Source: an uncultured delta proteobacterium (GTDB lineage Bacteria; Desulfobacterota; Binatia; JACPRU01). Taken from it: 64,000 bases of DNA. This document shows positions 19,660 to 31,573 of the stretch, piece after piece. Both the position numbers and the translations under genes were made by a program. Every line of letters starts with the position of its first letter. Positions within the stretch are counted from its first letter, which is position 1. The DNA lies in assembly GCA_963745025.1 (NCBI GenBank), contig CAVUWD010000011.1, forward strand, positions 192,001-256,000, in the 5' to 3' direction. The notes beneath the pieces are model-generated. The model searched no databases and had not been told where the DNA came from. It was given only the letters and a program-made list of their open reading frames with translations.

Positions 19660-20261
19660 GACCGCTCGCTCGATCCTTCTACGAGCGTCCCACGCTGCGG
19701 GTTGCGCGGGATCTCCTCGGGTGCCTGCTGGTCCATCGGCTGGCGAGTGACGACGTCGCCTCGGGAATCATCGTCGAGGTAGAAGCCTATTGCGGTCCGC
19801 GTGACCTCGCCTGCCATTCCGCGGGCGGGCGCCGCACCGCGCGCAACGAAGTCATGTACGGCCCCCCCGGCCACGCGTACGTCTATTTCACCTACGGAAT
19901 GCACTACTGCTTGAACGTGGTGACCCGCGGCGTAGGCATCGCCGAGGCGGTGCTGATCCGCGCCGCGGCGCCGGTCGGCGGCGCGGCCGCGATGCGCGAG
20001 CGGCGCGGGCTCGTCGAATCCGCTCCCGACTTCCGACTCGCACGAGGCCCCGGAAACCTTTGTCGCGCCTTCGCGATCGACCGTCGCCTGAACGGCGCCG
20101 ACCTCGCCGATTCGAGGCTGACGATCCATCCGGCGAAGCGTTTCATTGCTCGCGAGATTCGCCGCACGGCGCGTGTCGGCATCGATTACGCGGGGCCCTA
20201 CGTGATGAAGCCCTGGCGCTTTAGCGTGCGTGACGAGCCGGCGGTCTCCGGAAAGAGCTGA
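19656..20261 (+). CDS. mpg: 3-methyladenine DNA glycosylase (MPG/AAG family), probable CTG start
   Basis: FYERPTLRVARDLLG, IVEVEAY, YVYFTYGMHYCLNVV, AVLIRA, GPGNLC, RVGI, PWRF. Confidence 0.9.
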   Translation: MRPLARSFYERPTLRVARDLLGCLLVHRLASDDVASGIIVEVEAYCGPRDLACHSAGGRRTARNEVMYGPPGHAYVYFTYGMHYCLNVVTRGVGIAEAVLIRAAAPVGGAAAMRERRGLVESAPDFRLARGPGNLCRAFAIDRRLNGADLADSRLTIHPAKRFIAREIRRTARVGIDYAGPYVMKPWRFSVRDEPAVSGKS

Positions 20262-20266
20262 AAGAC

Positions 20267-20333
20267 GGCTACGGGCTTCCGGCTACCGTAAAGACATCGC
20301 GGATTCTTTGCCGGTAGTCGGTAGTCGGTAGCC
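20267..20333. repeat. Heptamer-arm palindromic repeat, copy E
   Basis: GGCTACG GGCTTCC GGCTACC GTAAAGAC...TCTTTGCC GGTAGTC GGTAGTC GGTAGCC. Confidence 0.85.
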
Positions 20334-20402
20334 GTGCGCCACGTTGCGCTCGCCGCCAAGCGCGATAAGATGACTGGGTTGGATGGCGGGAGCAGCGGCG
20401 AA

Positions 20403-21857
20403 ATGGCAAAGAGCCTCTTCGACAAGGTCTGGGAAACGCATGCGGTCCGTACGCTGCCGAACGGGCAGACGCAGCTCTTCATCGCGCTTCACCTGATCCA
20501 CGAGGTGACGAGCCCGCAGGCGTTCGGCATGCTGCGCAGCCTCGACCTCTCCGTTCCCCACCCCGAGCGCACGTTCGCCACCGTCGATCACATCATCCCG
20601 ACAGACACCCGCCAGCGGCCGTTCCAGGACACGCTCGCCGAACAGATGATGATCGCGCTCAAGGAGAACTGCGAGCGTTACGGCATCACCTTCTTCGACA
20701 CGCCGACCGGTAAGCAGGGCATCGTCCACGTGATCGGCCCCGAGCAAGGCCTCACCCAGCCCGGCATCACCATCGCCTGCGGCGACTCGCACACCTCGAC
20801 GCACGGCGCGTTCGGTGCGATCGCCTTCGGCATCGGTACGAGCCAGGTGCGCGACGTGCTCGCCACGCAGACGCTGGCGCTCGGCAAGCCCAAGGTGCGG
20901 CGCATCGAGGTGACGGGCGGGCTCGGCGCGGGCGTCTACGCCAAGGACGTGATCCTCCACATCATCCGCACGCTCGGTGTGAACGGCGGCATCGGCTACG
21001 CGTACGAGTATGCGGGCTCGACGGTCGAGGCGATGTCGATGGAAGAGCGGATGACGATCTGCAACATGTCGATCGAAGGGGGCGCCCGCTGCGGCTACGT
21101 GAATCCGGACGAGACGACTTTCACGTACCTGAACGGTCGGCCGTACGCTCCCCGCGGAGCCGCGTGGGACGAAGCCATCCAGCGCTGGCGCGGATTCGCC
21201 TCCGATCGCGACGCTCGGTACGACGACGTCGTCAAGATCCGTGCGGAGGACATACCGCCGACCGTCACCTGGGGCATCAACCCGGGGCAGGCGATCTCGA
21301 TCGACGGGCGGGTGCCGACGGTCGACGGGAGCGCACCGCAAGACCGAGCGTCGATCGCGGAGGCGCTCGAGTACATGAAGCTCACCCCCGGGTCTCCGAT
21401 CAAGGGGGCGAGGGTCGACGTGACGTTCATCGGCAGCTGCACGAACGCCCGTCTGTCGGACTTCCGCGAGGTCGCCCGGCACATTCGCGGCCGGCACGTC
21501 GCGCCGCACGTGAGGGCGCTCGTCGTCCCGGGCTCGCAGCTCGTCGACCAGGCCGCGCGCGTGGAAGGGCTCGACCGCGTCTTTCGCGCCGCCGGCTTCG
21601 AGTGGCGAGAGGCGGGCTGCTCGATGTGCCTGGCGATGAACCCCGACAAGCTGGTCGGTGATGAACTCTGCGCGTCCTCGTCGAATCGCAACTTCAAGGG
21701 CCGCCAGGGAAGCCCGAGCGGCCGAACGGTGCTGATGAGCCCCGTGATGGTCGCCGCGGCGGCGATCGAAGGCAAAATCGCGGACGCGCGCGAAGTGTTC
21801 GGCATCGCAAGCGCCCCGCCATCACGCAAGACCTCTCCCCAAGCGGAAAGGGATTAG
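20403..21857 (+). CDS. leuC: 3-isopropylmalate dehydratase large subunit
   Basis: [50 protein letters not shown]. Confidence 0.97.
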   Translation: MAKSLFDKVWETHAVRTLPNGQTQLFIALHLIHEVTSPQAFGMLRSLDLSVPHPERTFATVDHIIPTDTRQRPFQDTLAEQMMIALKENCERYGITFFDTPTGKQGIVHVIGPEQGLTQPGITIACGDSHTSTHGAFGAIAFGIGTSQVRDVLATQTLALGKPKVRRIEVTGGLGAGVYAKDVILHIIRTLGVNGGIGYAYEYAGSTVEAMSMEERMTICNMSIEGGARCGYVNPDETTFTYLNGRPYAPRGAAWDEAIQRWRGFASDRDARYDDVVKIRAEDIPPTVTWGINPGQAISIDGRVPTVDGSAPQDRASIAEALEYMKLTPGSPIKGARVDVTFIGSCTNARLSDFREVARHIRGRHVAPHVRALVVPGSQLVDQAARVEGLDRVFRAAGFEWREAGCSMCLAMNPDKLVGDELCASSSNRNFKGRQGSPSGRTVLMSPVMVAAAAIEGKIADAREVFGIASAPPSRKTSPQAERD

Positions 21858-21869
21858 AGGAGAGCACCG

Positions 21870-22484
21870 ATGGCGCTGGCCAAAATTCAACATGTCAGCG
21901 GTCGGGGCGTCTATGTTCCCGGCGACGACATCGACACCGACCGCATCATTCCCGCACGCTACCTGAAGTGCGTGACCTTCGACGGCCTCGGCGCCTACGC
22001 CTTCTACGACGTCCGCTTCGACGAGCAAGGCCGCTCGCTCGGCCACCCGCTCGACGATCCCAGGCACCGCGGCGCCAGCATCCTGGTTTCGGGACGAAAC
22101 TTCGGCTGCGGCAGCTCCCGCGAGCACGCCCCCCAATCGCTCTACTACCTCGGCATCCGCGCGATCCTCGCCGAAGGCTTCGCGGAGATCTTCTTCGGGA
22201 ACTCGACGACGCTCGGAATTCCCTGCGTGACGCTCGCCACGGCCGACCGCGAAGCGCTCGCGCGGCTCATCGTGGAGCGCCCGCAGCAGGAGGTCGAAAT
22301 CGATCTCACCGTAACGAAGCCCACGATCCGCTTCGCCGATCGGACGTTTCCGGGAAGGATCCCGGAGAGCACGCGTAGGAGCCTCATCGAGGGACAGTGG
22401 GATGCGCTCGGACAGCTACTCGAAGGCCGGGAAGCGGCCGGCAAGTTCGCCGCCCGGCTTCCCGGCCCCGCCAAAGCCGCCTGA
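21870..22484 (+). CDS. leuD: 3-isopropylmalate dehydratase small subunit
   Basis: DIDTDRIIPARYLK, NFGCGSSREHAP, FAEIFFGN. Confidence 0.97.
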   Translation: MALAKIQHVSGRGVYVPGDDIDTDRIIPARYLKCVTFDGLGAYAFYDVRFDEQGRSLGHPLDDPRHRGASILVSGRNFGCGSSREHAPQSLYYLGIRAILAEGFAEIFFGNSTTLGIPCVTLATADREALARLIVERPQQEVEIDLTVTKPTIRFADRTFPGRIPESTRRSLIEGQWDALGQLLEGREAAGKFAARLPGPAKAA

Positions 22485-22487
22485 TGA

Positions 22488-22562
22488 GGCTTCGGGCTAC
22501 CGGCTCCCGACTACCGCAAAGACCTTCTCGGAGTCTTTGCCGGTAGTCGGTAGCCGGTAGCC
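22488..22562. repeat. Heptamer-arm palindromic repeat, copy F
   Basis: GGCTTCG GGCTACC GGCTCCC GACTACC GCAAAGAC...GTCTTTGCC GGTAGTC GGTAGCC GGTAGCC. Confidence 0.85.
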
Positions 22563-22616
22563 GTCTCTCAAGACCCTTCCCACGCGGCGGCGCGCGCGTT
22601 ACACTTGGTTTCGGCA

Positions 22617-22937
22617 ATGAGCGAGCGCGGACCTCTCGAAACGCCGGACGTCGTCACCCGCACGCGGACCGAGAAGAAGCTCAAGCAGCCGCCCCTCTAT
22701 CGGGTTCTTCTGCACAACGACGATTACACCACGATGGAGTTCGTCGTGCACGTGCTGCAGAGCATCTTCAACCATGCCGAGGCCGAGGCCACGCAGATCA
22801 TGCTGCACGTGCACCGCAAGGGGATCGGCGTCGCCGGCGTGTACCCCCACGAGGTCGCGGAGACCAAGATCGATCAAGTGCACGCGCTCGCGCTCGCGCA
22901 CGAATTTCCGCTGCGCTGCAGCATGGACGAAGCGTGA
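22617..22937 (+). CDS. clpS: ATP-dependent Clp protease adaptor ClpS
   Basis: PPLYRVLLHNDDYTTMEFVV, MLHVHRKG, VAETK, FPLRC. Confidence 0.96.
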   Translation: MSERGPLETPDVVTRTRTEKKLKQPPLYRVLLHNDDYTTMEFVVHVLQSIFNHAEAEATQIMLHVHRKGIGVAGVYPHEVAETKIDQVHALALAHEFPLRCSMDEA

Positions 22938-22944
22938 GACGAAC

Positions 22945-25218
<2,274 letters not shown>

Positions 25219-25220
25219 GC

Positions 25221-25287
25221 GGCTACGGGCTACGGGCTACGGGAAAGGCATCTCGAAGTCCCTTCCAGTAGCCGGTAGCCCGTAGCC
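25221..25287. repeat. Heptamer-arm palindromic repeat, copy G
   Basis: (GGCTACG)x3 GGAAAGG...CCTTCC AGTAGCC GGTAGCC CGTAGCC. Confidence 0.85.
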
Positions 25288-25322
25288 TCTCTTCTCATTC
25301 CCCGCGAAAGCGCGGTGCCCGC

Positions 25323-25628
25323 TTGTCGACGAATGCCTGGATGCCCTCGCGTGCGTCGATCGAGCGCCCGGCTTCGACGATCTCTCGAGTCTCGTGCTCG
25401 AGTTCGTCCCGATCGGTCCCCTTTCTTGGGCATCTTGAGATCGAGCACGTTCACGATTACAAGCACCGGATGCGGCTCGTTCGCGGCCAGATCGAGATCC
25501 GCTTCGCAAAGCGCCGCCGGCGACTCACCACCCGCCGAAGCTCGCTGACGGTCCCGGCGGGGAGAGCGCACGCGACGCGAGCGGTCGAGGATGCTTGGAT
25601 CCTCGTCGAGAAAGGAGACCCGCAATGA
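25323..25628 (+). CDS. Small cupin-like protein (N-terminus uncertain, possibly frameshifted)
   Basis: EHVHDYKHRMRLVRGQIEI...LTVPAGRAHATRAVED resembles the cupin HxH...PAG.H motifs; stop overlaps the next ATG (ATGA). Confidence 0.45.
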   Translation: MSTNAWMPSRASIERPASTISRVSCSSSSRSVPFLGHLEIEHVHDYKHRMRLVRGQIEIRFAKRRRRLTTRRSSLTVPAGRAHATRAVEDAWILVEKGDPQ

Positions 25629-26647
25629 CCGATTCTGCGGTCGAGATGATCTTGCTCCCCGAGGACGACGCGATGCACCCGGTGGAGGACGTCTCCAACT
25701 TCAACGAGAGCGCCTACTACAACTTTTTCGACAAAGCGAAGCGCGTCGGCGGGTGGGTGCGGATTGGTAACCGCCCGAACGAGGGCTACGCCGAGATGAC
25801 CGTTTGCTTCTACGAGCCCGATGGCTCGGCGGCCTTCATGTGGAAGAGGCCCGAGATCCACGACAACCGCGCCCACGATTCGGGAGGCCTCCGCTTCGAG
25901 GTGGTCGAGCGCTGGAATGAGCACCGCGTGACCTATCGCGGGCACGCGTGCGTGATGAAGAATCCGCTCGACATGGCCGATCCCTCCGCGGCATTCCGCG
26001 AGAACCCGCACGAGAAGATCGATCTCGATATCCGTTGGAGAGGCTTGTCTCCCGGGTGGGGCGGTGAGCCCCGCCGGCGACTCGCCGACGGCCGCTACGA
26101 GTCCGCGGTGAAGGGCGATCCGAGCACGCAGTTCGCTCGCGGTCACTTCGAGCAGCACGGCGCGGCCAAGGGTACGCTCGCCATCGCAGGGCGCCAGTAC
26201 ACGATCGACGGCTTCGGGCTCCGCGACCACTCGTGGGGCCCCCGCTACTGGCAGAACACCGGCTACTATCGATGGCTGACGATGAACTTCGGTGAGGACC
26301 TTGGGCTCATGGGCCTGGTGTCCGAGCGATCCGGCGGTCGCGAGACCAGCCACGGCTACCTGTACGAGAAGGGAAAGCCGAACACGCCGATCGAGCGGGT
26401 TGAGCTGGAAACCGAGTTCGTCGGCGAGCAGAAGGTTCACGACCGGATCCGCGCTCGTCTCCATCCCGTCGGCGGCGACAAGCCGCTCGCGGTGAGCGGT
26501 CGCGTTCTATCGCTGGTGCCCTGTCGCAACCGCCGCGCCGGATGGGTCACGCGCGTTTCGGAGGGCATGACCGAGTGGCGCCTGGACGACCGCGTCGGCT
26601 ACGGAATGTCGGAGTACCTCGATCATCTTCAGAAGGGAGAACCGTAA
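25625..26647 (+). CDS. AttH/tocopherol-cyclase-like beta-barrel protein of unknown function
   Basis: FNESAYYNFFD, RIGNRPNEG, GHFEQ, GLRDHSWGPRYW, GYGMSEYL. Confidence 0.7.
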   Translation: MTDSAVEMILLPEDDAMHPVEDVSNFNESAYYNFFDKAKRVGGWVRIGNRPNEGYAEMTVCFYEPDGSAAFMWKRPEIHDNRAHDSGGLRFEVVERWNEHRVTYRGHACVMKNPLDMADPSAAFRENPHEKIDLDIRWRGLSPGWGGEPRRRLADGRYESAVKGDPSTQFARGHFEQHGAAKGTLAIAGRQYTIDGFGLRDHSWGPRYWQNTGYYRWLTMNFGEDLGLMGLVSERSGGRETSHGYLYEKGKPNTPIERVELETEFVGEQKVHDRIRARLHPVGGDKPLAVSGRVLSLVPCRNRRAGWVTRVSEGMTEWRLDDRVGYGMSEYLDHLQKGEP

Positions 26648-27399
26648 TGCGGCTCCATGCCTTCGACTGCGGCTGGCTGAGCGCCGACCTCCACCGCTTC
26701 TTGACAGGCGGTTCCGGGCGCGTTCGTGTGCCGGTGCCAGCGTATCTGATCGAGCATCCGCGAGGGCTCGTGCTCTTCGATTCGGGCCTTCATGCCGACA
26801 CGCGTGTCGACGCCGAAAAGAAGCTCGGCTTTCTCGCCAAGCTCTTCGAGGTTCATTTTGGAGCGGGCGAGGCGATCGCCGAGCGGCTCCAAGCGCACGG
26901 CTTCGATCCGGCGCGCGTCACCCACCTCGTGACCTCGCACTTGCATTTCGACCACGTCGGCGGGCACGCGCAGATTCCGAACGCGCGGCTGGTGGTCCAG
27001 CGCCGCGAGTGGGAAGCGGGACGCACTCCGGAGCTCATGCAAAAGAACGGCTACGACCCGCGCGACTACGACCTCGGCCACGAGATCGAGCTCGCCGACG
27101 GCGAGCTCGATCTGTTCGGCGACGGACGGATCGTCTGCCTGCCGACCTACGGACACACGGCGGGTCATCAGTCGCTGCGCGTGCGTTTCGACGGCGGCGA
27201 GATCGTTCTCACCGCGGACGCCTGTTATTTTCGCCGCACGCTCGAGGAGATGAACCTACCGCCGGTCGTGCACGATCCGCAGCAGATGACCGAGTCTCTG
27301 CGCCGGCTCGCGTCGCTTCAGGCGGGTGGCGCTCGCCTCTTCTTCGGGCACGACCCGGAGTTCTGGGCGACCTTGCCGGAGCCGGCGATCTTTTCCTGA
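26647..27399 (+). CDS. N-acyl-homoserine-lactonase-family metallo-beta-lactamase
   Basis: YLIEHPRGLVLFDSG, SHLHFDHVGG, TYGHTAGHQS, TADACY, FGHD. Confidence 0.88.
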   Translation: MRLHAFDCGWLSADLHRFLTGGSGRVRVPVPAYLIEHPRGLVLFDSGLHADTRVDAEKKLGFLAKLFEVHFGAGEAIAERLQAHGFDPARVTHLVTSHLHFDHVGGHAQIPNARLVVQRREWEAGRTPELMQKNGYDPRDYDLGHEIELADGELDLFGDGRIVCLPTYGHTAGHQSLRVRFDGGEIVLTADACYFRRTLEEMNLPPVVHDPQQMTESLRRLASLQAGGARLFFGHDPEFWATLPEPAIFS

Positions 27400-27403
27400 T
27401 CAC

Positions 27404-27448
27404 GGCCGGGAAAGTCTGTATGGATCTCTTTTCCGGTAGCCGGTAGCC
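27404..27448. repeat. Heptamer-arm palindromic repeat, copy H (left arm reduced)
   Basis: GGCCGGGAAAG...TCTTTTCC GGTAGCC GGTAGCC; lies between convergent genes. Confidence 0.65.
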
Positions 27449-27452
27449 GTCC

Positions 27453-28277
27453 TCAACCGCCGACGCCGACCTTCAGCGTGATCCCGCCGTCGACGGAGAT
27501 CGCCTGGCCAGTGATGTTGCAGGCGTCGTCGCTCACGAGGAACGCGGTGAGCTTGCCGATGTCCTCGGGTGTCTGCTCGCGGCCGAGCGGCACGCCCCGC
27601 TTCACTTGATCGAGGAAGATGTCCCGGGGGTCGACGTTCGCATACTCGGGCACTCCCATCTTCATGAGGGTCGCGAGCATCTCCCAGGCACGCGTCCAGA
27701 GAAAGCCCGGGCAGATGGCGTTGACGCGGATGCTCTTGGGGCCGAGCTCGAGTGCGAGCGTTCGCGACAGCGCGATCACGCCGGCCTTGGCCGCGCCGTA
27801 GGCGGGCAGCGCCGGTGTCGCCAGCAAGCCGGCGATCGAGGCGATGTTGACGATCGATCCACCGCCCCGTTTCTCGAGGTGCGGGATCGCGGCTTTGCAG
27901 CCCGCGAACGTGGTGCGCAGGTTGTTCTCTATCTGCGCGTCCCAGCCCTCCTGGGTCATGTTCGTGAAGGGATTGCCGAGACCAAGGAAGTCGCGCGAAT
28001 CCCCCTTCCCCGCCCCCGCGTTGTTGACGAAGATGTCCAGGCCGCCGAAGCGTGCAACGACTTTCGCGGTGGCCTCGGCCGCCGCCGATTCCGTCGACAC
28101 GTCGACGGCCACGCCGATCGACTCGCGACCGAGCGACGCGGCCGTCTTCTCCGCTTCGGCGACGTCGACGTCGAAGATAGCCACCCGCGCGCCCTCCTCC
28201 GCCAGACACCGCGCGATGCCCGCGCCGATGCCCCGCGCTCCGCCCGTGACGATCGCCGCCTTGCCGGAAAGCTTCAT
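27453..28277 (-). CDS. Short-chain dehydrogenase/reductase
   Basis: TGGARGIG, NNAG, YGAAK, RVNAICPG. Confidence 0.92.
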   Translation of the reverse strand: MKLSGKAAIVTGGARGIGAGIARCLAEEGARVAIFDVDVAEAEKTAASLGRESIGVAVDVSTESAAAEATAKVVARFGGLDIFVNNAGAGKGDSRDFLGLGNPFTNMTQEGWDAQIENNLRTTFAGCKAAIPHLEKRGGGSIVNIASIAGLLATPALPAYGAAKAGVIALSRTLALELGPKSIRVNAICPGFLWTRAWEMLATLMKMGVPEYANVDPRDIFLDQVKRGVPLGREQTPEDIGKLTAFLVSDDACNITGQAISVDGGITLKVGVGG

Positions 28278-28295
28278 CGATGTATCTCCTGAAGA

Positions 28296-28347
28296 GGCTT
28301 CGGCTACGGGAAAGGATTTACGGAGTCTTTTGCCGTAGCCTCTAGCC
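28296..28347. repeat. Heptamer-arm palindromic repeat, copy I
   Basis: GGCTTC GGCTACG GGAAAGGA...TCTTTTGC CGTAGCC TCTAGCC. Confidence 0.75.
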
Positions 28348-28355
28348 TCTTTTTG

Positions 28356-28499
28356 TCACCGTCCGACCAGCGACTGCAAGTATTCGACCAGCGCGCAGCG
28401 ATCGCCGGGGCCGAGAACGTCGTCGCCGTGCGAGGTCATCGGCGCGCCGTTCAGTCCGGTCGCGGCCGCAAGGCCGAGCCCGGTGCGGCGCAGAGGCAC
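28356..28499 (-). pseudogene. Remnant resembling the C-terminus of a c-type cytochrome
   Basis: 47-aa frame ...TGLNGAPMTSHGDDVLGPGDRCALVEYLQSL*; no CxxCH. Confidence 0.45.
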
Positions 28500-28551
28500 G
28501 CGGCTACCTTCGATTTTTCGCCTCCCATTTCTATGTTATGCAGGCCACCTC

Positions 28552-29550
28552 ATGACTTCGAAGCGTCCCGTCCGCTACGCGATCAGCTTGCCCGTTCTCC
28601 CCGACATGAACGCCTGCCTAGACGTCGCCAGGCGCGCCGAGGTGCTCGGCTACGAGAGCGTCTGGCTCGCCGACACCGGCGGCATCGATCCGTTCGTGCT
28701 CGCCGCCGCGCTCGCGCGAACGGTCACGAAGATGCGTGTCGGCATCGCCGTCTCGCCGGCCTACACGCGCACGCCCGTCGTGTTTGCGTCGATGTCGGCG
28801 TCGGTGGCGCAACTGATGCCGGGTCGATTCGTCCTCGGGCTCGGTTGCTCGAGCGAGACGATCGTCGATCGCTGGAATGGCGTGCCGTTCGAGAAGCCGC
28901 TCGTGCGGGTGCGGGAGACCGTCACGCTCGTCCGTTCGATCCTCAAGGGCGAGCGCACGAACTTCAAGGGTGAGACCGTGCGCAGCGAAGGGTTTCGGCT
29001 GGCGGCGCTGCCGCCGGAGCCGGTGCCGATCTACGTCGGTGCGCTGAAGCCGCCCATGCTCCGGCTCGCCGGCGAAGTCGGCGACGGCGTGGCCGTCAAT
29101 CTTTTCCCGGCTTCGGCGCTGGCGCGGATGATCGCAGAGATCGCGCGCGGCGCGGCGAAGGAGGGAAAGGACTCCACGGACCTGGAGACGGTATGCCGGT
29201 TCCAGGCCTGGGTCACCGACGATCCCAAAGGCGCGCGAGCGCTCATTCGCAAGTTCATGGCGGGTTATTTCACCACATCGGTCTACAACGCCTTTGCGGA
29301 GTGGTGCGGCTTCGAGGAAGAGGCGCGGGCGATGCGCGAGGCGTGGGCCAAGCGCGATCGAGAGAAGACCGAGGCGGCCTTCACCGACGAGATGATCGAC
29401 GCGATCACGCTCGTCGGCAGCGAAGCGCATTGCCGTGACCGGGTGGCCGAGTTCGTCGACGCCGGTCTCACCACCCCGATGTTCCACACGTTCGCTCCCG
29501 ACCCGCAGGAAGCGTGGAAGACGCTGGTGGCGCTCGCGCCGGGGCGGTGA
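28552..29550 (+). CDS. LLM class flavin-dependent oxidoreductase
   Basis: AEVLGYESVWLAD, PGRFVLGLG, PIYVGAL.PPMLRLAGEVGDG. Confidence 0.9.
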   Translation: MTSKRPVRYAISLPVLPDMNACLDVARRAEVLGYESVWLADTGGIDPFVLAAALARTVTKMRVGIAVSPAYTRTPVVFASMSASVAQLMPGRFVLGLGCSSETIVDRWNGVPFEKPLVRVRETVTLVRSILKGERTNFKGETVRSEGFRLAALPPEPVPIYVGALKPPMLRLAGEVGDGVAVNLFPASALARMIAEIARGAAKEGKDSTDLETVCRFQAWVTDDPKGARALIRKFMAGYFTTSVYNAFAEWCGFEEEARAMREAWAKRDREKTEAAFTDEMIDAITLVGSEAHCRDRVAEFVDAGLTTPMFHTFAPDPQEAWKTLVALAPGR

Positions 29551-30870
29551 TCAGCGAATCGCCCCCGCCGACCGCGCCGGGTGAAGGCTCGCGGCCAAAT
29601 CCTCGGCGAAGCGCTCCGCTTCGTCCGGCTTCAGCGTCGACACCGTGACGCGGATCGCGGGCGGCGCCTTGATGCGGAAGGGCTCGCCGGCGCGGACCGC
29701 CCACCCGCGCTCGGCGAGCGCGGTGACGGCGGCGGCCTCCTCGGCGACCGGAATCCAGACGTTCAAGCCGGATCGACCGTGCGCCGCGACGCCGCGACGC
29801 CGAAGCGCCTCGATGAGCGCGCGGCGGCGCGCGGCATAGGTTTCGGCGGCGACATGGAATCCGTCCGTGACCCGGCGATCGGCCCAGAGCGCGACGACGC
29901 TTCGCTGGAGCCGGTGGCTCACCCAGCCCGTGCCGAGCCGCTGCCGGCCCTCCACGCGTGCGATCGTCGTCGGGTCGCCGGCGAGCACCGCGAGTCGAAG
30001 ATCGGGTCCGAGCGACTTTGATACGGAGCGGATTACGGCCCACCGCTCGGGGCGCGGGCACAACGTCATGACCGGTGCACCGGCGACCGGGCCGGCATGG
30101 TCGTCCTCGATCAGCAGCACTTCAGGGCCGCGGTCGAGAACGGCTCGCAGCTCGCGCGCTCGCTTTTCGCTGATCGCAGCCCCGGTCGGGTTCTGCGCGC
30201 GAGGGGTGATGACGAAGGCGGCGACGCCGGTCCCAAGCGCGCGCCGGAGGTCGCCGGGGAGCGGCCCTTCGTCATCGACTCGCACCGGCTCGGGCACCAA
30301 GCCGAGCGCGGACAACAGGTCGAACACGCCGGTGAACCCGGGATCCTCCACGGCGACGCGATCGCCGGGACCGAGATGGGCCGCGAGGACGCGCTCGATG
30401 CCGTCGAGGCCTCCTGAGACGACGGCGAGGTCGCCGTCGAGCCCGTCCGTGGCGAGCTGCCGACGCGCTCGGTCGGCGAGCTCGGGCAGTTGAGCGCTCC
30501 CGCCATAGAGCCGCACACCGCGCTCCCGCGGAAGAAGGGGAAGCCGCGGCATCAACCGGGGATCGGGATTGCCATCCGCGAGGTTGCGGAAACCCGCCGG
30601 CACCTCCGCCGCAGAGCGAGTGGGCAGGGGCGGACGATACGCGATCCGCGTGCCCCGGCGGCCTTGCCCGGCGACCAGACCACGGGCGTGAAGTCGCTGA
30701 TACGCCGCCGCCACGGTGGCCGGGCTTACCCGCAAGCGGCGGGCTAGCTCCCGCACCGTGGGCAGTTGCATTCCCGGCGTCAGACGCGACTCGCGCACGC
30801 CCTGCTCGATGCGGGCGGCGATTTTGCTTGCAGAGGCGCCCGTGATCTCATAATGTACGGGTACGTTCAT
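29551..30870 (-). CDS. MocR/GntR family regulator with aminotransferase-like domain
   Basis: QLPTVRELARRLRVSPATVAAAY wHTH; VEDPGF, AQNPTG, IEDDH, SVSKSLGPDLR. Confidence 0.9.
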   Translation of the reverse strand: MNVPVHYEITGASASKIAARIEQGVRESRLTPGMQLPTVRELARRLRVSPATVAAAYQRLHARGLVAGQGRRGTRIAYRPPLPTRSAAEVPAGFRNLADGNPDPRLMPRLPLLPRERGVRLYGGSAQLPELADRARRQLATDGLDGDLAVVSGGLDGIERVLAAHLGPGDRVAVEDPGFTGVFDLLSALGLVPEPVRVDDEGPLPGDLRRALGTGVAAFVITPRAQNPTGAAISEKRARELRAVLDRGPEVLLIEDDHAGPVAGAPVMTLCPRPERWAVIRSVSKSLGPDLRLAVLAGDPTTIARVEGRQRLGTGWVSHRLQRSVVALWADRRVTDGFHVAAETYAARRRALIEALRRRGVAAHGRSGLNVWIPVAEEAAAVTALAERGWAVRAGEPFRIKAPPAIRVTVSTLKPDEAERFAEDLAASLHPARSAGAIR

Positions 30871-30873
30871 CGC

Positions 30874-30889
30874 TTTGTACTATAACAAA
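30874..30889. promoter_or_regulatory. Candidate MocR operator overlapping a divergent promoter
   Basis: Inverted repeat TTTGT-ACTATA-ACAAA containing TATAAC, in a 21-bp AT-rich gap between divergent starts. Confidence 0.45.
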
Positions 30890-30891
30890 CC

Positions 30892-31569
30892 ATGAGCCTG
30901 CGATCCACCCCCGAAACGCTGCAGACCGAGCGCACTACCGTGAAGCGGCTCCCGAAGCGCGCGGCCTACGATCGCGCCACGATCGAGGCGATCCTCGACG
31001 AGGGCCTCGTCTGCCACGTCGGCTTCGCGGTCGAAGGCCAGCCCTACGTGTTGCCGATGGTCTATGCGCGGGTCGGAGACGAGATCTACCTGCACGGATC
31101 GGCGGCGAGCCGGTTGCTCCGTAGCCTCGGTGAGGGCATCGAGATCTGCGTGACGGTGACGCTCCTCGACGGTCTGGTGCTCGCGCGATCGGCCTTCCAT
31201 CATTCGGTGAACTACCGCTCTGTCGTAGTTCTCGGCACCGCACGGCCGGTCCTCGATCCCGGGGCGAAGACGCGCGCGCTCCACGCGATCGTCGATCACG
31301 CCATCGAGGGTCGATGGCAAGACGTTCGGTCGCCAAACGAGCAAGAGCTCAAGGCGACGACCGTACTCGTGCTGGCGCTCCGCGAAGCGTCGGCCAAGCG
31401 TCGCAGCGGGGGGCCCCTCGATGACGAAGACGACTACGGGCTGCCCGTGTGGGCGGGTGAGCTTCCGCTTCCCGTCACGCCGGGAACTGCCGTCCCCGAC
31501 GCGCGGCTCGCGCGGGGTATTCCGATCCCGGAGTATCTGCATCGCTATCGGCGTCCGCTGAGGCGGTGA
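30892..31569 (+). CDS. Pyridoxamine 5'-phosphate oxidase/NimA-like flavin-binding protein
   Basis: RAAYDR, LVCHVGF, YLHGS, DGLVLARSAFHHSVNYRSVV. Confidence 0.9.
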   Translation: MSLRSTPETLQTERTTVKRLPKRAAYDRATIEAILDEGLVCHVGFAVEGQPYVLPMVYARVGDEIYLHGSAASRLLRSLGEGIEICVTVTLLDGLVLARSAFHHSVNYRSVVVLGTARPVLDPGAKTRALHAIVDHAIEGRWQDVRSPNEQELKATTVLVLALREASAKRRSGGPLDDEDDYGLPVWAGELPLPVTPGTAVPDARLARGIPIPEYLHRYRRPLRR

Positions 31570-31573
31570 CCTG

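Noticed and set aside
18300-20261. 653-aa ORF as a large MPG fusion
   Set aside because: Only the last ~200 aa are MPG; the rest is an off-frame overlap with the DsbA and GST genes
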